A program made the translations under genes and the position numbers. A stretch of 64,000 nucleotides of DNA from Microthyrium microscopicum (taxonomy: Eukaryota): the NCBI GenBank assembly GCA_010405405.1, contig MU004242.1, positions 915,769 to 979,768 on the forward strand, given 5' to 3'. Under the pieces are notes generated by a model. That model was not told the origin of the DNA. It was given only the letters and a program-made list of their open reading frames with translations, and ran no database searches. The first letter of the stretch is position 1; the number at the start of each line of letters is the position of its first letter. Of this stretch, positions 47,318 to 60,518 are shown piece by piece.

Positions 47318-48229
47318 ATGAAGACAACTATCTACGCAGCATCGCTACTCCTGGCTGGCTCAGTGTCAGCTCATGGAGGAGTAATTTCTTACACTATCGA
47401 TGGAAAAACCTATGCCGGGTTAGTTGATGTTTCACTTGTCAGCCTCAGTCACTAATCGAAAGAAGATATGGCGTTGGCGGAGCTGGAGGCAGGTTATCTA
47501 CCTCTCCTCCTCCAGGAGGAGCGGCTAACACCATACAACGATCATGGGCCAAACTTGATCCTATTCGAGACCCAAACAGCCCAAATCTTGCTTGCAACTC
47601 ACCAGGCGCCCCAGCAAAACTCTCAGCCACTGCTACCGCCGGCGCTACCATCACTGCCAAATGGAACAACTGGCCTCACAACAGCGGGCCTCTACTAGTC
47701 TGGATGACTGAGTGCAAGGGCGACTGTTCAACATTCAGCCCTGCTGGTGCTGACTGGTTCAAGATTTATCAAGAAGGCCTGCTTTCTGGCACCATTGGAC
47801 ATGGAAAATGGGCTACCCGACAAATGATTGAAAACAACGAGAGCTTGTCTGTCAAAATACCCGAGTCTCTAAAACCTGGCAACTACTTAATTAGACATGA
47901 GACTATTGTAAGCCAGCTACGTCCTTTGTGTAGAAGCTTCTTTAACTGACAAACTTTGAAGAACCTCGCTAGAGCTCCGGCCGAGTTCTACCCCGAGTGC
48001 GCGCAATTGAAGGTAGTAGGAAGTGGCTCTGCATCACCTAGCGAGCAATTCCGTGCTAAACTACCAGGAGCATATCATAAGTCTGGTAAAATAGTTCCAA
48101 ACTTTTACACACAAGTCTGTTGGCTAACAATTCCTAGATTCTGCCTTCGCTCATGCTTATAGCGATGCTGCGGTTTCCTCCAATACCAAATACGTGATCC
48201 CAGGGCCACCAGTATGGACCGGCAACTAA
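47318..48229 (+). CDS. AA9 lytic polysaccharide monooxygenase
   Basis: Signal peptide followed by His1 (VSA-HGGV), WPHNSGP (second His), DWFKI, PGNYLIRHE, EFYPECAQLKV, YVIPGPPVW; three introns; no CBM1. Confidence 0.93.
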
Positions 48230-48387
48230 CGTGTACACTTTGCCTTTCTATATCAGAAATGAATACTTCTTTAAACTCAATTTGTTGCTTGAATTTGACA
48301 TCAGATGTAAACTGTAAAAAGTCGATCAAGGTTATATTTCTTTACGACATATCTCTCACAATACGCCAACTACTACTGCCGTCGAGA

Positions 48388-51044
48388 TTATGGAAGAGAT
48401 AAAAATAATGCTTCCAATTTGGGGTAAACTGGCGTACCAAGTCCAGAGACAGGATCCCACCTGTGAGAACAAACTGATTAGCTTCATTATTCACTAGAGG
48501 ATTCTCTTAATATCTTAACTTACCCTGGTACTGCCTTGAAACCTTCAGAATGGCATCCTGGATTTGACCCGTTCTTGATATCGGTGAAAACCTGGGGGAA
48601 TGTGTACAATACTGGATTCACAAAGCCAACGGGGCCTTTCCCTACGGTAAATCGTGCCTCATTGACCTAATCAGAGTTAGTCAACGTGTCTAACGCGTTA
48701 CATGCAGACCATCAAGAAGTATATACCAAAGTGATGATAGCAGCCCAGAGAGGAGCTGCGAGACTTGTGCCGTACTCGTGGTAATGGCCTCCTCCGACCG
48801 TGATACCCAGGGAAGCACCGTTTGCCGAGACATCTGGATAGCCTCTACCATCACGGTTGTCTGGATTAACGTGTTAGCATGAGAACAAGATAGTTGATGT
48901 TGTGATAGCCAACACAGCTGAGCAGTGACTAATTCGCTGAACTGCTACTGAGTGGAGGTCCACCAATACGACAATTGAGCAATCATTAGGCAGTGGCAGT
49001 CCATTGCATAAGTTGATAGGAGATGATACTTACAAATACCGCCGTCAGCACCAATGTTATCCCCATCTCCATATGAAGGGAAGGATGGTGTAGCGGTGTC
49101 GAAGTAGTAGTCTAGAGCTCGGTTTTGATATCCAGGTCTAGTAAAGACATTGGAGAATCCGCCTCCGGTTGAGAATAGTGGCGCAGATGGCAGATCAACT
49201 TGCATGACACTTTCTGGGTCTAGAACCGTCTGCCCGGGGTACAGACGTGTAGCGCCGACGCTTGTAATATAGGGACAGCTGTGGAAGCATCAGTGACTTG
49301 CTTCTGGCAGTTTATAAGGGCCATACATGGGAGTTGACGGGTTGTAGATATTCTCGCCTTCTCCAAGACATCCGATCGGTGAGTCGCTGTCTCCTGGGTA
49401 CGATGCTACGCCGTAGTCGCCCTACTTTTCGTTAGTCTGTATTTCTCCCGGTAATTTTAGAGTAGATTTTGAATCGCGTGATCGTCTGACACTTCCAATC
49501 ATATGATAACTTACTGAAGATATGAAGACTGAATGGCCCTGCAGAGCTAGCTTCATCCACTCATTGCACTGACGTTTGATATAATTATCCGGAAGGTCAG
49601 CCTCTGCTTCGCCATACGAGATTGAAATGACATTGGTAGGCTTGTAGACACCACATTGAAGCTTTCCTTTATATCCTCCAGCATTAGGATCAGGATAAAT
49701 CGGGTCGTTAGTAGGATCGTTTCCTGTTTCGCCATATGCCGAATATGTGCAGTAAGACTTGAATCTTTCATTAGTATATCTATTTGAACGACCCGAAGTT
49801 GTCCACTCACCCCGTCCAGTGCATCCAAGAAGGTGTTCAGAAATCCATCAAGTGTCGAGTTCAGGCTAAACGCCGAGTATACTGGATCATCAGTTTGGAA
49901 CAGTGTAATAGTCTGTGGATAAACAACAGAAAATATGATGTCCATATCGACATCGGATTCACCAAGAATGAGTGGGCTAGTCTGTGGAGCTTCAGCAACT
50001 CCGCCATCAACTGACGCGAGCTTTGGTGCGGTCCCTTGGGGAACCCAGGGCGCATATGTCGCGAAGAAATCGTTGAGATCTGCTTGACTGTAATAGTCTC
50101 CACCTTCATAAAGACCAACAGAGTTTCCTGGAGTTGCCCCTTTGGCGTTGGGTATCTTATACAGTGCTTTGAAGCAAGTAGGTGTCATCGTCGTGCCACA
50201 GTTTTGCAGAGCTGGTGGCAATTGAGTTGCATTGGCAGACAAAGGCACCGAAAGAATGCCGCCGTCTGAAATTGGTACGCCGATGGGACCGATCGGCTTC
50301 CTGGCTGGTGTTCGAGCTCTAGACTTGGATTTTCGAGCTCGCGGGACAGCACGTTTGGCGAGTGGAGAGGACATCTTTACTCCTGGAGTGACATAGTCAA
50401 TGTGTCTCTTCACCTCCGAAGGTAGATGATATCTAATGAGGATTAGCCTATCTTCAAATTTTTTAGAGAGTTCTCGGGGACAGTGAAAAGATAATCACAT
50501 ACTCATCAGAGCCTATTCTGACGTCTCCAGTCTCAGAATGATGGTACTCGGTATATTTCGTGTTGAATAGCCGCTCCGCTTCATGCGAGTATGCATCGAA
50601 CGCCAGCCATCCTTTATTTTCCGAGTGAACAACCCGACTAGTGGCAATACCTGACCGATTCAACCAGGCTTTCACTTCATCTACAGATTCTTGTGATGGC
50701 GAAAAGGCTTTATGGACCTGATCTGGTGTCCAGTATTTACCATAATCTGGAGACTGTGGGTCGCTAACTGACATAACGTATTGGTAGCCATTTTCGAGAT
50801 TATTTTGTACTAAGCCGATCCGCACTGGCAAAGGGTGGTCTCTGTGAATACGATCTCGCTTGACCCATTTGGATGGTCGAAGATCTCTTTTCTCATGTAA
50901 AGTATGCGATCTGTGTGGTGGTGAGCAAAATTTCAAGAAGAGAGAAGTTCATAATCAAAAAACATACCCAAATGTGATTGGAGTAGTATTTCCAAATTGC
51001 ACAATACTGGCGATCGCCAGGCACACATGCACTGTACCTTTCAT
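48388..51044 (-). CDS. Sedolisin / tripeptidyl-peptidase, family S53 (aorsin-like), secreted
   Basis: Prodomain VSDPQSPDYGKYWT, catalytic GESDVD, SGDYGV, GGGFSN, GTSLAAP, WDPVSGLGTP; many introns. Confidence 0.93.
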
Positions 51045-51764
51045 GGTGTCGATATAGCAGGGGTTAAGTTGAAACTTAGAGGTTAATAACCTACCAAAAT
51101 TCCGGGCAAACTGGAAATAAGGTAGACCATAAAAGGTGCTTCTTCAGAACCTTTATTGGTTTTATCTTCCAGTATTCTCTTTCTTGTTGCCTCTCTTCAT
51201 AGTCTTACCTGCCAAACAACGTTGCTGAACATCTGCAGACCTTCCAATCTTGGTCTTTTAGAAGCAGGCCGTACCCATGCGTTCGCATCCCTACCGCAAG
51301 TCTTTACGGAAACTAACCATTTGCTCATTCCCCATTCAGCGAATGGATTCAAATTCCTGCTTCCTACTGCTAGTTACTTGGGGAGGTTGCAATTTTGCAG
51401 CCCGGTATGCCTTCAAATACTTTCCAAGTATGGGAAATTGGCACTAACGGACTTATGCGATTACAGTGTTATAACAATTACACCCTGATCTTGAGGTCAA
51501 TTCTGCTAACCCATGATGTGATTACTGCAACGGCAAAACCAAAAATAGTTGTCATCCCCTGCTTGTATAATGAGCCCTCGTGCAAGTTGAGCTTGAGCGG
51601 TCGTTCCTTCGCCGCTTGAAGATGCCCATGGATCAAAATTTGGCCATAAGAGCCATAAGGACGCGACGAACGTACACTACGTGATCTCATTCCATAAAAG
51701 GTGAATTGCTCAAACACAAAGATAACATATTTTTACACTGAACACCATAGTGAAAGATCAAAAA

Positions 51765-53593
51765 CTAAACAATCTCACTGTTCGCTTGCCATCGTGACTT
51801 TTCGTCATCTTCGGCCCTTCTCACAGTAGGAGTCGGTTCTGTAAACCTCACAATACGACCGGGCTCAAGAATCGCCGTTGTAGGACCTACAGTGGCTTGA
51901 GCGCCCCAATGTGTGATTGCTGGAAGTCCAACATATGCATCGCTGATGGGAATATATGTCAATTGATGAGCAACATGCCGGCCTGAACATCCTTGAAGTT
52001 CCGGAAGTATCTCACCCAACGGAGGAAGGGAAAGTGTTGGGCGATAGCTGCCTTGCATGGTCTTTGTACAAGACGAGGCTGATTTGCCTGCTGTACCATT
52101 CACAGTTGATGAGGAATTGACGATAATCATTGGATTGGATGTGTTGCCCATCGGTGGTCCTGGCTGGAACTGGCCACCTGGAAAGAACGGGCGGGGAGTA
52201 ACAGGCCGACCAGAATTTGGTCTGAAATAACAACTGTCTCCAAAACGGTGAAGATCGAGAGGTACCTGCGAGTAATCAAGGTCGGCGAGGTCAAATGGGT
52301 GCGGTATACTGGTAGTTGTGTAGCGAGTGGCCCACGTCTTGGATTGTCGAAACGTCGTCACGGATTGAGAAGTGATCTGGTATGTTGTGAGGTTCTTTGG
52401 GTGCACTAGAAGCGTTGCGTCGTAGCGTAAACCACATTCTCGAAAACGAATATCGGCTTCATTATCGACCAGAGATGCTGGAGGTTGGATATTTTTCGTT
52501 ATGCTAGGAAGAACAATAACAGCAGTTGGTGAAGTAACTGTCGTCCCTTTATAAACTGCAGTATTTGGTGCTCCTTGAATGGTATCCGAGTTTTCGATGG
52601 TAGTTTTCGAACCACAAAAGTCATTGAGCCGAGTAGGCCAATAGAACACAGTTCCCAGGAGGACATCAAGTTCACATTTGTCTACCTCGGACTTTGCCGG
52701 ACAAGCAGCAAATGGTTGTTGACATGGAGGTCTCATGGTGCGAAAGTCAATTTCTCCTGGCATGTTGGTGGCACGAGCTGCAAAATGAGACGAATAAACT
52801 GACGAAAGGTAGACATATGTAGTGGTTGAGTAGGCATCCCATACAGCACCGCAGTCTTTCTCTTGTACGGTACATGTAGGTGATGGATAAGGAGTTATTT
52901 GATGATTCGTGGAGACCCACGTTGTCTGAAACGTTAAAATAACCAGTGTTTCTGTCGCGGTGGGAGGAAATAGTAGGCCATCGCATCTTGTGGATGTTTT
53001 AACAGTTGTATTGGTAAAAACAGTTGGCACCTCTCGTGTTGGCAGAACAGTTGTGGGGAATGTGTGGGTATAGCTATCGTTGGCATAAATCTGGGTCCAA
53101 AGTGATTGATGAGCTCGGGACCACGATATTTTTGAGTTGTAACACCCGAAAGCAGATGAGTCGCCAGTGCCGGTGACAGTTGTAATATTGGCGGTCGTGG
53201 TTTTAGCAGCTAAAAGATTGTTAGAGTTATAATCCTTGGTCTATAGGCACTAATCAAACAAGGAAATTGAAATTTCTTAGATCTGTTAGGCATCATACTT
53301 ATATCATAAGGCATTCCTCCCTGTTTTCCAGTCGCCATGGGTCTTGCCCCTCCGGCTCTCGGTGCCATGGCCGCCATCGAATTCAAACTTGCTATTCCCC
53401 ATGCTAGATCAGAAGGGGGTGCTTGAAGTTCTAAAGAGCCAGATGGAGGAGACTGGGCCTGCGACGGAGGGAGCTTCGGTGGCGGAGTTATCATAGACGG
53501 CGCAAGTCTGGTAGCAGTCACAGGACCTGGAGATTGATCGAGTCCATCTGCCAAAATGGCTTGAAGGAGGATATAAATCAACATTGATCTCAT
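51765..53593 (-). CDS. Secreted Thr/Ser/Pro-rich hypothetical protein with several Cys
   Basis: Signal peptide MRSMLIYILLQAILA, branch site and acceptor near 53210-53226, long downstream ORF containing VFYWP and YRPTLSLP. Confidence 0.65.
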
Positions 53594-55221
53594 GTTTGAG
53601 CACGATCGTTCAAAAGAGCGTAAAATTTAGCGTCTAGTGAAAGAGGCCCAACTCATTCAGCAAAGTTGGGGATCACAAAAATAAATAGAAGGCAACCGTA
53701 ATTCTTCTCTTTCACGCCAATACTACGGTGAAACTACAAGAGTGGAAGTGGTGTTGATGGGGGCTATTTCGAAAGTAGAAATACGATATTAATAAAAATG
53801 TGGTACATGAGTAGGATTCTATATGAAGATTGAATAGTCTATATTACCCAATCATGTAAATTCTAGGTGGCAAACCATCATTGCTCCATTGTGAGCGATA
53901 CCTGCCAAGGAAAAGTTTGATACCAATGCCTCTTCCCAGTAGTGTGTTAAATGAGCGGCCCCATAGCACCCATAATGGAATATCTGAGCACACGATGCTT
54001 TTGGGGCAATGTTGACGTGCAGCAAATACTAACCCGGAGCCATCTTTAATTACATAGCATCAAGATTGCATTCCAAGTCCTCAGACAATAGGTTGATTTT
54101 TCTCTGCAGTTATGCAAAGAGTGGGACCGGTTAATTTAAGACCACGGTAACTAGCAATAGAACCTTGACTTGATTGGCTGAATGCTCCAGAAGCTCGATG
54201 ACACAACAGGGAAAGATTGTCGCGAAAGGAGCTGTTTCGAATGTGCAATTGGAAGCCGCGTATAGTTTGCTGCCAATATTCCTCAGATGTTGGACGTAGC
54301 AATACTTGAGCTGTAGCTTGCAGCAATTCCATTACCTCCAATTGCTTTTGGCTTTATTCGCCTGATATTCCGCTTTTCTGAGGTACAACTTATGTGGCGT
54401 TCAATTTCATCCGAATCTGATCAAGAGCGGAAGTGACTTTCAGCGGATTACTGTAACTCAGATGGATGTAAGTTCACCGTGTCTGAGATGTTCCATTATA
54501 GCATAGACTAAATTATTGTAACAGCTATGCCATCCTCAAACTATAGAGTATCATGGACGTCGGTTGATTGTACATCACAGGAGATGTCAACGCCTGGGTC
54601 GGATCCTCGGCGATTGCTAAGCTCTATTTAGACAAAGTATCTTCTCGCTAATCTGATATTCAGCATATCTTTGGTGGAATCAGCAGGCAGCAATCCGAAA
54701 TTGGCAATTGGAGGCGAAAATATCTATCTTCGTGGTGGCTTTTGGGGGCTGAAAACCAGATCTGAGAAACACGGCCTATTGGAAAAGTATATCTTATAAT
54801 ACATTCCCCAGCCAGAATCAATTAGGTGATGATTCCTAAAACCGAACAAACTGGAAGCACTTGTTGAATTGCTGATTTCACTGGAAAATCGAGAAGCCGC
54901 ATTCCCCTTGGAAGGCGATTAATACTCCATCCCTCTTTGAAGGTGACTAATACTCCATTTCCCATCAAATGCGCCAGAACTCGAAGCATATTTATATTTT
55001 GACTAATGGAGCGCAACATCTTTTTGTCGCCCAATCATGTGTTTACTAACAAGTGAATAGGGGGCTTGTATGAACGGAAAGAACCTCCTGAAGAGCGAGA
55101 AATCACAACACCTCGACCTTCAGCAACTGCCCTCCATCGACCCCCCCACAAACCCACTCACCCTCAACCCAACTCAACTCGCCATCACCTCAACCAGCGC
55201 AACGGGGACGCATCTATCACA

Positions 55222-56862
55222 ATGGTCATCGACTCCTCAGTTGTCTTAGAGATTGAAGCAAAGAACGCTACTTCCAGCGCGACTAGGCACCAGGATCCTC
55301 TTCCGCGTCTAGAGCTCAACCGTAAACACCGTCTTACCAAGGACCTCACGCAAAAATGGAAGATATCACCGAGACAAAATCGGACACCCTTCTTCTTCCA
55401 TGTATCTAATGAGACCGGCCAACAATGCCCCGCGAATTCAATTGACCAAGGGTTCCAATTTCAGCGGCTACCGATCGAAATACAGTTTGAAGTCTTCAAA
55501 ATGTGCGACCAGCCAACTCTCTTTCAGCTGATGAGAACGTGCTCTTCGATAAGACCGGAAGCTTCAAGATTGTTCTGGTCGAATAAAGACGTTTGGTACG
55601 AATGCTCCTTCCTGTGGCTTGAGTACGAAGGGGCAAAGACTGGTCCTGCGCTGCACTGCCCTGACTTCGCAAAAAATGTTCAGGTAAGCTTAACATTCAT
55701 GTCTTCGCAATATTGGCCCGGCCGGCATTGAATTTAGAATGGTGTTTACTGCCAGCGCGCTAAGGTTTCTCTTGTCAATTCAATATGAACGGAAGAATCA
55801 GAGCTGACGAGTGAACAGCAGGTTGAGATCAAAGTTGATGGGAAGACACACCCATGTCCCGGGCTTTTTGAGCAGGATGACTCGCCAATACACGAAGATG
55901 ATGACGATATTCTTTGCTTTCACCGACGACTGCTAGCTACTACAGAACAAATACGCTTTTTCTGGAGCTCATTCAAACGCGTCTTTCCTTCATGTCGAAG
56001 GGTGATTTTTGACCAGCGAAGTCAAGCTTGCTGTTTGGATAGCTACATTGAGGTCATATCCGAACGACCGCCTACCATTGATTGCCTAGTGTCTACTTGG
56101 CCTTGTAGGGTTTCAGCAAGTAACCGCCGGCGTGCTAAGAAAGTGCTTTGGACCTTCAAGCCATGCGACCCCACATGGTATGCACTTTCAGGCTCATGGG
56201 AAAACAATCTTGTGGTGATGCCGCCAAAATTGTTCCGTGGTATAATGGGAAACTTTCAACACCAGTTATACTTGGATGATAGAATATGGAATGAGCGAGC
56301 TGCTCTTCGAATGCTTCGCTTGAGACGACATGAATGGTTCTACCACAGAGAACGCGGGCCGCAACTTGAGACATCCGAGAAATGGGGAATCGAGTGTCCC
56401 AACCCAGACTGCGACTTGTTTTTCGAATGCATTGGGCAATGGACCCAGCATGCTTGTGAGACAAGCCATGACCTTGACTATTCTCAAAAACCCTTGCGGT
56501 ATCTCGATATTTCAGGGTTTCCCGGCGATTGGGAAGCCACACTACGATTAATTTCGGAAGACCTTTTAAAGGTCGAAGTGCTCATCAGGCGCCAGGACAT
56601 CAAGAATTACTTGCTACATTTGGGACATGCAGCCAACGAGGCTATTACCTTCCAGGCTATGCAGCAACAGTTTGACACTGACCCAATATATGCGCACGAG
56701 ACATCGGCAAGAACGTCTCTGCTTGCGCAAGATTGGGCAAGCTCGTGGCTAAAGAGCCCAGAGGAAGTTATAGAGAAGCATTCTGATTGGCTCGACAAGG
56801 ACTTCCTACATTCCATCTCAGAGCGTTGGTCGAGACTGGTTTCGCCTGAGAAAGGAGTATAG
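55222..56862 (+). CDS. F-box-like hypothetical protein with a C2H2-like motif
   Basis: FQRLPIEIQFEVF...LFQLMRTCSSIR, intron starting 55684 (gtaagc) and ending near 55821, CPNPDC...WTQHACETSH. Start codon uncertain. Confidence 0.7.
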
Positions 56863-57846
56863 AATGAATACAATAAGGAGAAAGCTGGCCGCTGGGGCTA
56901 AGTTAGGTCTGTCATTGTAATGCCATAAACATCAATGAGTTCAAACGAGGGTCGTTGTTGTCCAGCTCCATTACCTGAGTCTCTTTTCCATCTTTTTGAT
57001 GGCTTTATAGATTATGAACTGTGGTGCAAGATAGATCTTATAGCATTATCTAAACTGTATCTAATTATTCTCTCTCAATGATTGGCTCTCGAAGAATGAC
57101 ATCGAAACTTGTGAAGCCAGTGATACTACTGGTAGATTTCGTGGGATCCCGTTTCTCCATTCAACTGTATGCGTGGTGCTGATTTTTTCAATATGCGACT
57201 GTCGATCCGTTGACCTGGAGGTACTAAACTATCATCTTTGCCCACTTTGACACTGTTAGTGGCCAGTTAGTGATGTTGATCCTGACTGTATATCACGAGC
57301 ACGGCTCGTATGTTCCCAGAATATCTACCCGCTTGATTCTAATAGCTTTTGAAGCGGCTTCTAAGCCTTGCTATAACCGCATCTCCCGTTGGCAATCCTG
57401 GCATTCCATCCGGGTTCAAGGCACCCTTGTTGTTTGACGATCTGTGTTGCTTTCTGTATAGTTGCACTTCATTGGACGATCGGATCTATTAACAGAGCTG
57501 ACAGCGCTTCTACTTCATACCCGGCTTCCACCCTGGCCTTTCATGGTAGTATCCTAGTCTCTCTTTTAAAATAGATTATGCGTCCCGGTACACTCGATTC
57601 GGCTGGCTGGAAATAAAGGACTTGATTTTTGTGTATAGCCATGACTCTGGAAAACTGAACTGTTGTTTGACTCTGATATAAAGTCTGAGTAACACTATCA
57701 CATTCTCAAATTTTCTCATCAGCTCATCAACAACCGACAGCTCGAAAAACAATAGGCATCCGCCGCAAATTATTCAAATTTACACCTTTTAATTCCTCAT
57801 CAGCAAAACAAGTCTTGTCCTAAACATTCGAAATCCTCAAAACAAC

Positions 57847-58038
57847 ATGTACTTCTCATCCATCCTTCTCGTTGTCACCGCAATTCTCACCTACGTTCCA
57901 TCCATTGCCGGAGCTCCGCTCGCTGCCCCAGAACCCATTTCATCTCAGATCGAAGCTCGCGAGCCGAAGATCATCGGCTCGCCATGTTTTGGCTCTTCAG
58001 CAACAGGATGTTCATTGAGAGGCGGACCCAAAGCATAA
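57847..58038 (+). CDS. Small secreted prepropeptide (63 aa, 2 Cys)
   Basis: TATAAA at about 57677, A-rich start context, signal peptide, pro-region APLAAPEP...IEAR-EP, then KIIGSPCFGSSATGCSLRGGPKA. Confidence 0.7.
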   Translation: MYFSSILLVVTAILTYVPSIAGAPLAAPEPISSQIEAREPKIIGSPCFGSSATGCSLRGGPKA

Positions 58039-58689
58039 GAGCGAGATCGACTACCGTTACTACCATACAACACTCGATCTCTTGGCGTGGTAGGACGTGA
58101 CCTGGAGCTTTGCCACTGCCATAAAATTATTGTAGTAGGGAAGCAAATTGAAAAACCCAAGATCTCAAAATTACGATAAAAAGTCATAAAGGATCTTTGA
58201 CTGATGTTTTGATGATTAAGATTTTTCCAAGGTGGCGCTACTTTATCGCGACATGCTATGAAGATCTAGTTTCCTGACCGTGTAGCGAAATACTTACCTA
58301 CTTCGGGTAATGAAAATCAAGTTGATCTTCAGAAACCGACGAAGCACTCAGTAATAGGAAATGTATAACATTGCTTACAAAGTCACTTTTGCACTTCAGT
58401 GAAGTTCCAATGACATGATCGAGTCTACCTGCTGCTCTTCGACAATCTAGCATACAAGAGTATCCTGGATCATAGCAGTAAAATCACCATGACCAAGACG
58501 GGAAGATTACGCTGTCTATACTGAAACGCTGGAGCTAGAGCAGACGAACTTGTGGCCAATATCTTTGGGGGCATCCATGCCATAAATTTGAGTTTGAACT
58601 TGAAAGAACAGGTACTAAAACAGAAAGGTTTAAACTAAACGAGTGTGTGTGTGACCAGAAACAACTGTTACCTTGAAACATCAACTAAC

Positions 58690-59401
58690 CTAGCAGTTGT
58701 CTTTTCGCACTACCACATTCCAATTGTCTGCATTGAAAGCTTGACCACCAGTGTTTCCGTTGGGGTTGATACAGTGGTCTACAATACGCTGAGCGCCCTC
58801 AGCAATGGCGTCCCAACCATTGACGGCAAATGCCTCGGTATGCTACGTCCTCTGGCTCAGTGTTTTCCTTTTTGCAATTTGCAGATTCATTGGGAAACTT
58901 ACATCATTGCACCACCAGATCGCAGAATCGTATGAACAGCTCACCCGGCCACAGTTCCCAGGTCCTGGCCCGTTTTGCGGATGGTCGGCTGCAGGAAGAC
59001 TGCGCAAATGGTTGATTCCATCCCTGATTACTCCAGTGTTGGCGTAATCCCAGCCGTGTCCTGGGTTGCAGTTCACGTTCCATTCTGCCCTTGCAACCAG
59101 ACGTGAGGGAATAGAACGCTTAACGCTATCTTTCCAGCTTGGGTTCAACTTAACAAGCTGAGCGGTCACATTTTGGACTGTGCCATGAAAACTCGCTGCT
59201 TTTCCATCTTGGGTCGCCGGAAGAGACCATTTGATCTCCTCGACTCCATATCCTGGAATCGGAGCTCCAGCATTTCGGGTTGTTAGAGCCGCTGCCTATG
59301 AAAGCATACATGAGTTTGAGTTGACATCTTGATGAATAAGTAAATACCTGTACACAAGCAATGAACGACAATAGCGCTGTGGCGTGGGTGATTACAACCA
59401 T
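58690..59401 (-). CDS. Secreted Cys-containing protein of the fungal GPGNCGRVSCSY..AIWWCND family
   Basis: Signal peptide, IPGYGV, GTVQNV, GPGPGNCGRVSCSYDSAIWWCND, GQAF..DNWNVVVRKDNC; introns near 59296-59347 and 58843-58902. Confidence 0.85.
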
Positions 59402-60399
59402 TGTAATAGAAAGACTGTTTTTGTGAGTTTATGTACTAAGATATTGAAAGTCTGAACTTGTCGGGGCAATTGTTCTGTGATTTCTCTCTTCCTTCGAAGA
59501 GGCTCCCATGCCTTTTATATCCACTCCAGCATAGAGAATAGGAGTATCCTAACGAAAACGGTCGTATTTCCAGAACAGTTGGTTGTACCGCGAGAATGTT
59601 CGTGGCAGTGCCAAAACTTGGCAACAAGATATCGTGAAATTCTAAATTGTGCAATGTACAATCTGTTATGTGGTGATACTGCTGTTAAATTTGTAGTAAT
59701 ACAATTGTTCAGCCTTGGCACGGTTTGTTCATCAAAAACTATTTTATATCAGGACATACACGCTCCGGACAAGTAAGCACTAGAATATGCGTGGTAATAT
59801 CCTGCATGACCTGAGCACACAGATCAATATACACTCTTGAGCGCATAGGTCTCACAATTATCGCCTTCGGCTTTGACAAGAACATGTTGCTCTATATCTG
59901 CCTTGCTTACCTACCTACCTAGCACAGAGGAAGTCACGGCACTATGCACAACATGCTAGACAATTCTACTCGAGGGTAGTACAATTACGGTACAGCCCAG
60001 CTGCCGCTCTTGTATGTCGTTGTAAAACCCGATGGCCAGTTTGTGTATAGTCCCAATTCAAAGAAATTGTTTTAACAGCGGTAGGTACATAGTACGTAAA
60101 TTGTTCTATACGTTAAAGACATTCCAGACTTTTGAACAGGTAGTTGATTCTGAATGTCCGGCACTATATCCCATCCTGGTATCCTGGTATAGATCTTACC
60201 AGCATTAGGCCTATATCCCTTGCAATGTAAATGACAACAGGCTCCCGTGCCCCTTTCTTATCAGTACCCCTGAATGAAGGATTCATCCATCCTTTATTTA
60301 AGAACCTGCTTTCCTGCTCTTTTAGCCTCTTCCCAATACCTCATCAGCATTCATCCCAAAAAGAAATTCCATTTCATAAGCGCTAGAAGCAAAAAGAAA

Positions 60400-60518
60400 A
60401 CGTACAGCAGTAGGGATTCTCACGTGGTCACCCACCGCAATACTAATCTACCGGTTCGAAGCTTAAATAGGGCGGAGCGGACGGGACGCCTTGTATTCTT
60501 CGACCTATGGCCGTACGT
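60400..60518 (-). rRNA. Dispersed 5S rRNA gene
   Basis: 119-nt ACGTACGGCCATAG...CCCGTCCGCTC...TTAGTA...GGGTGACCAC...GAATCC...CTGTACGT with paired ends, followed by a T-rich Pol III terminator. Confidence 0.96.

Noticed and set aside
60400..60518. 5S gene as the insertion site of a Starship or other large element
   Set aside because: The 5S copy is full length and no tyrosine recombinase or transposase is present nearby.
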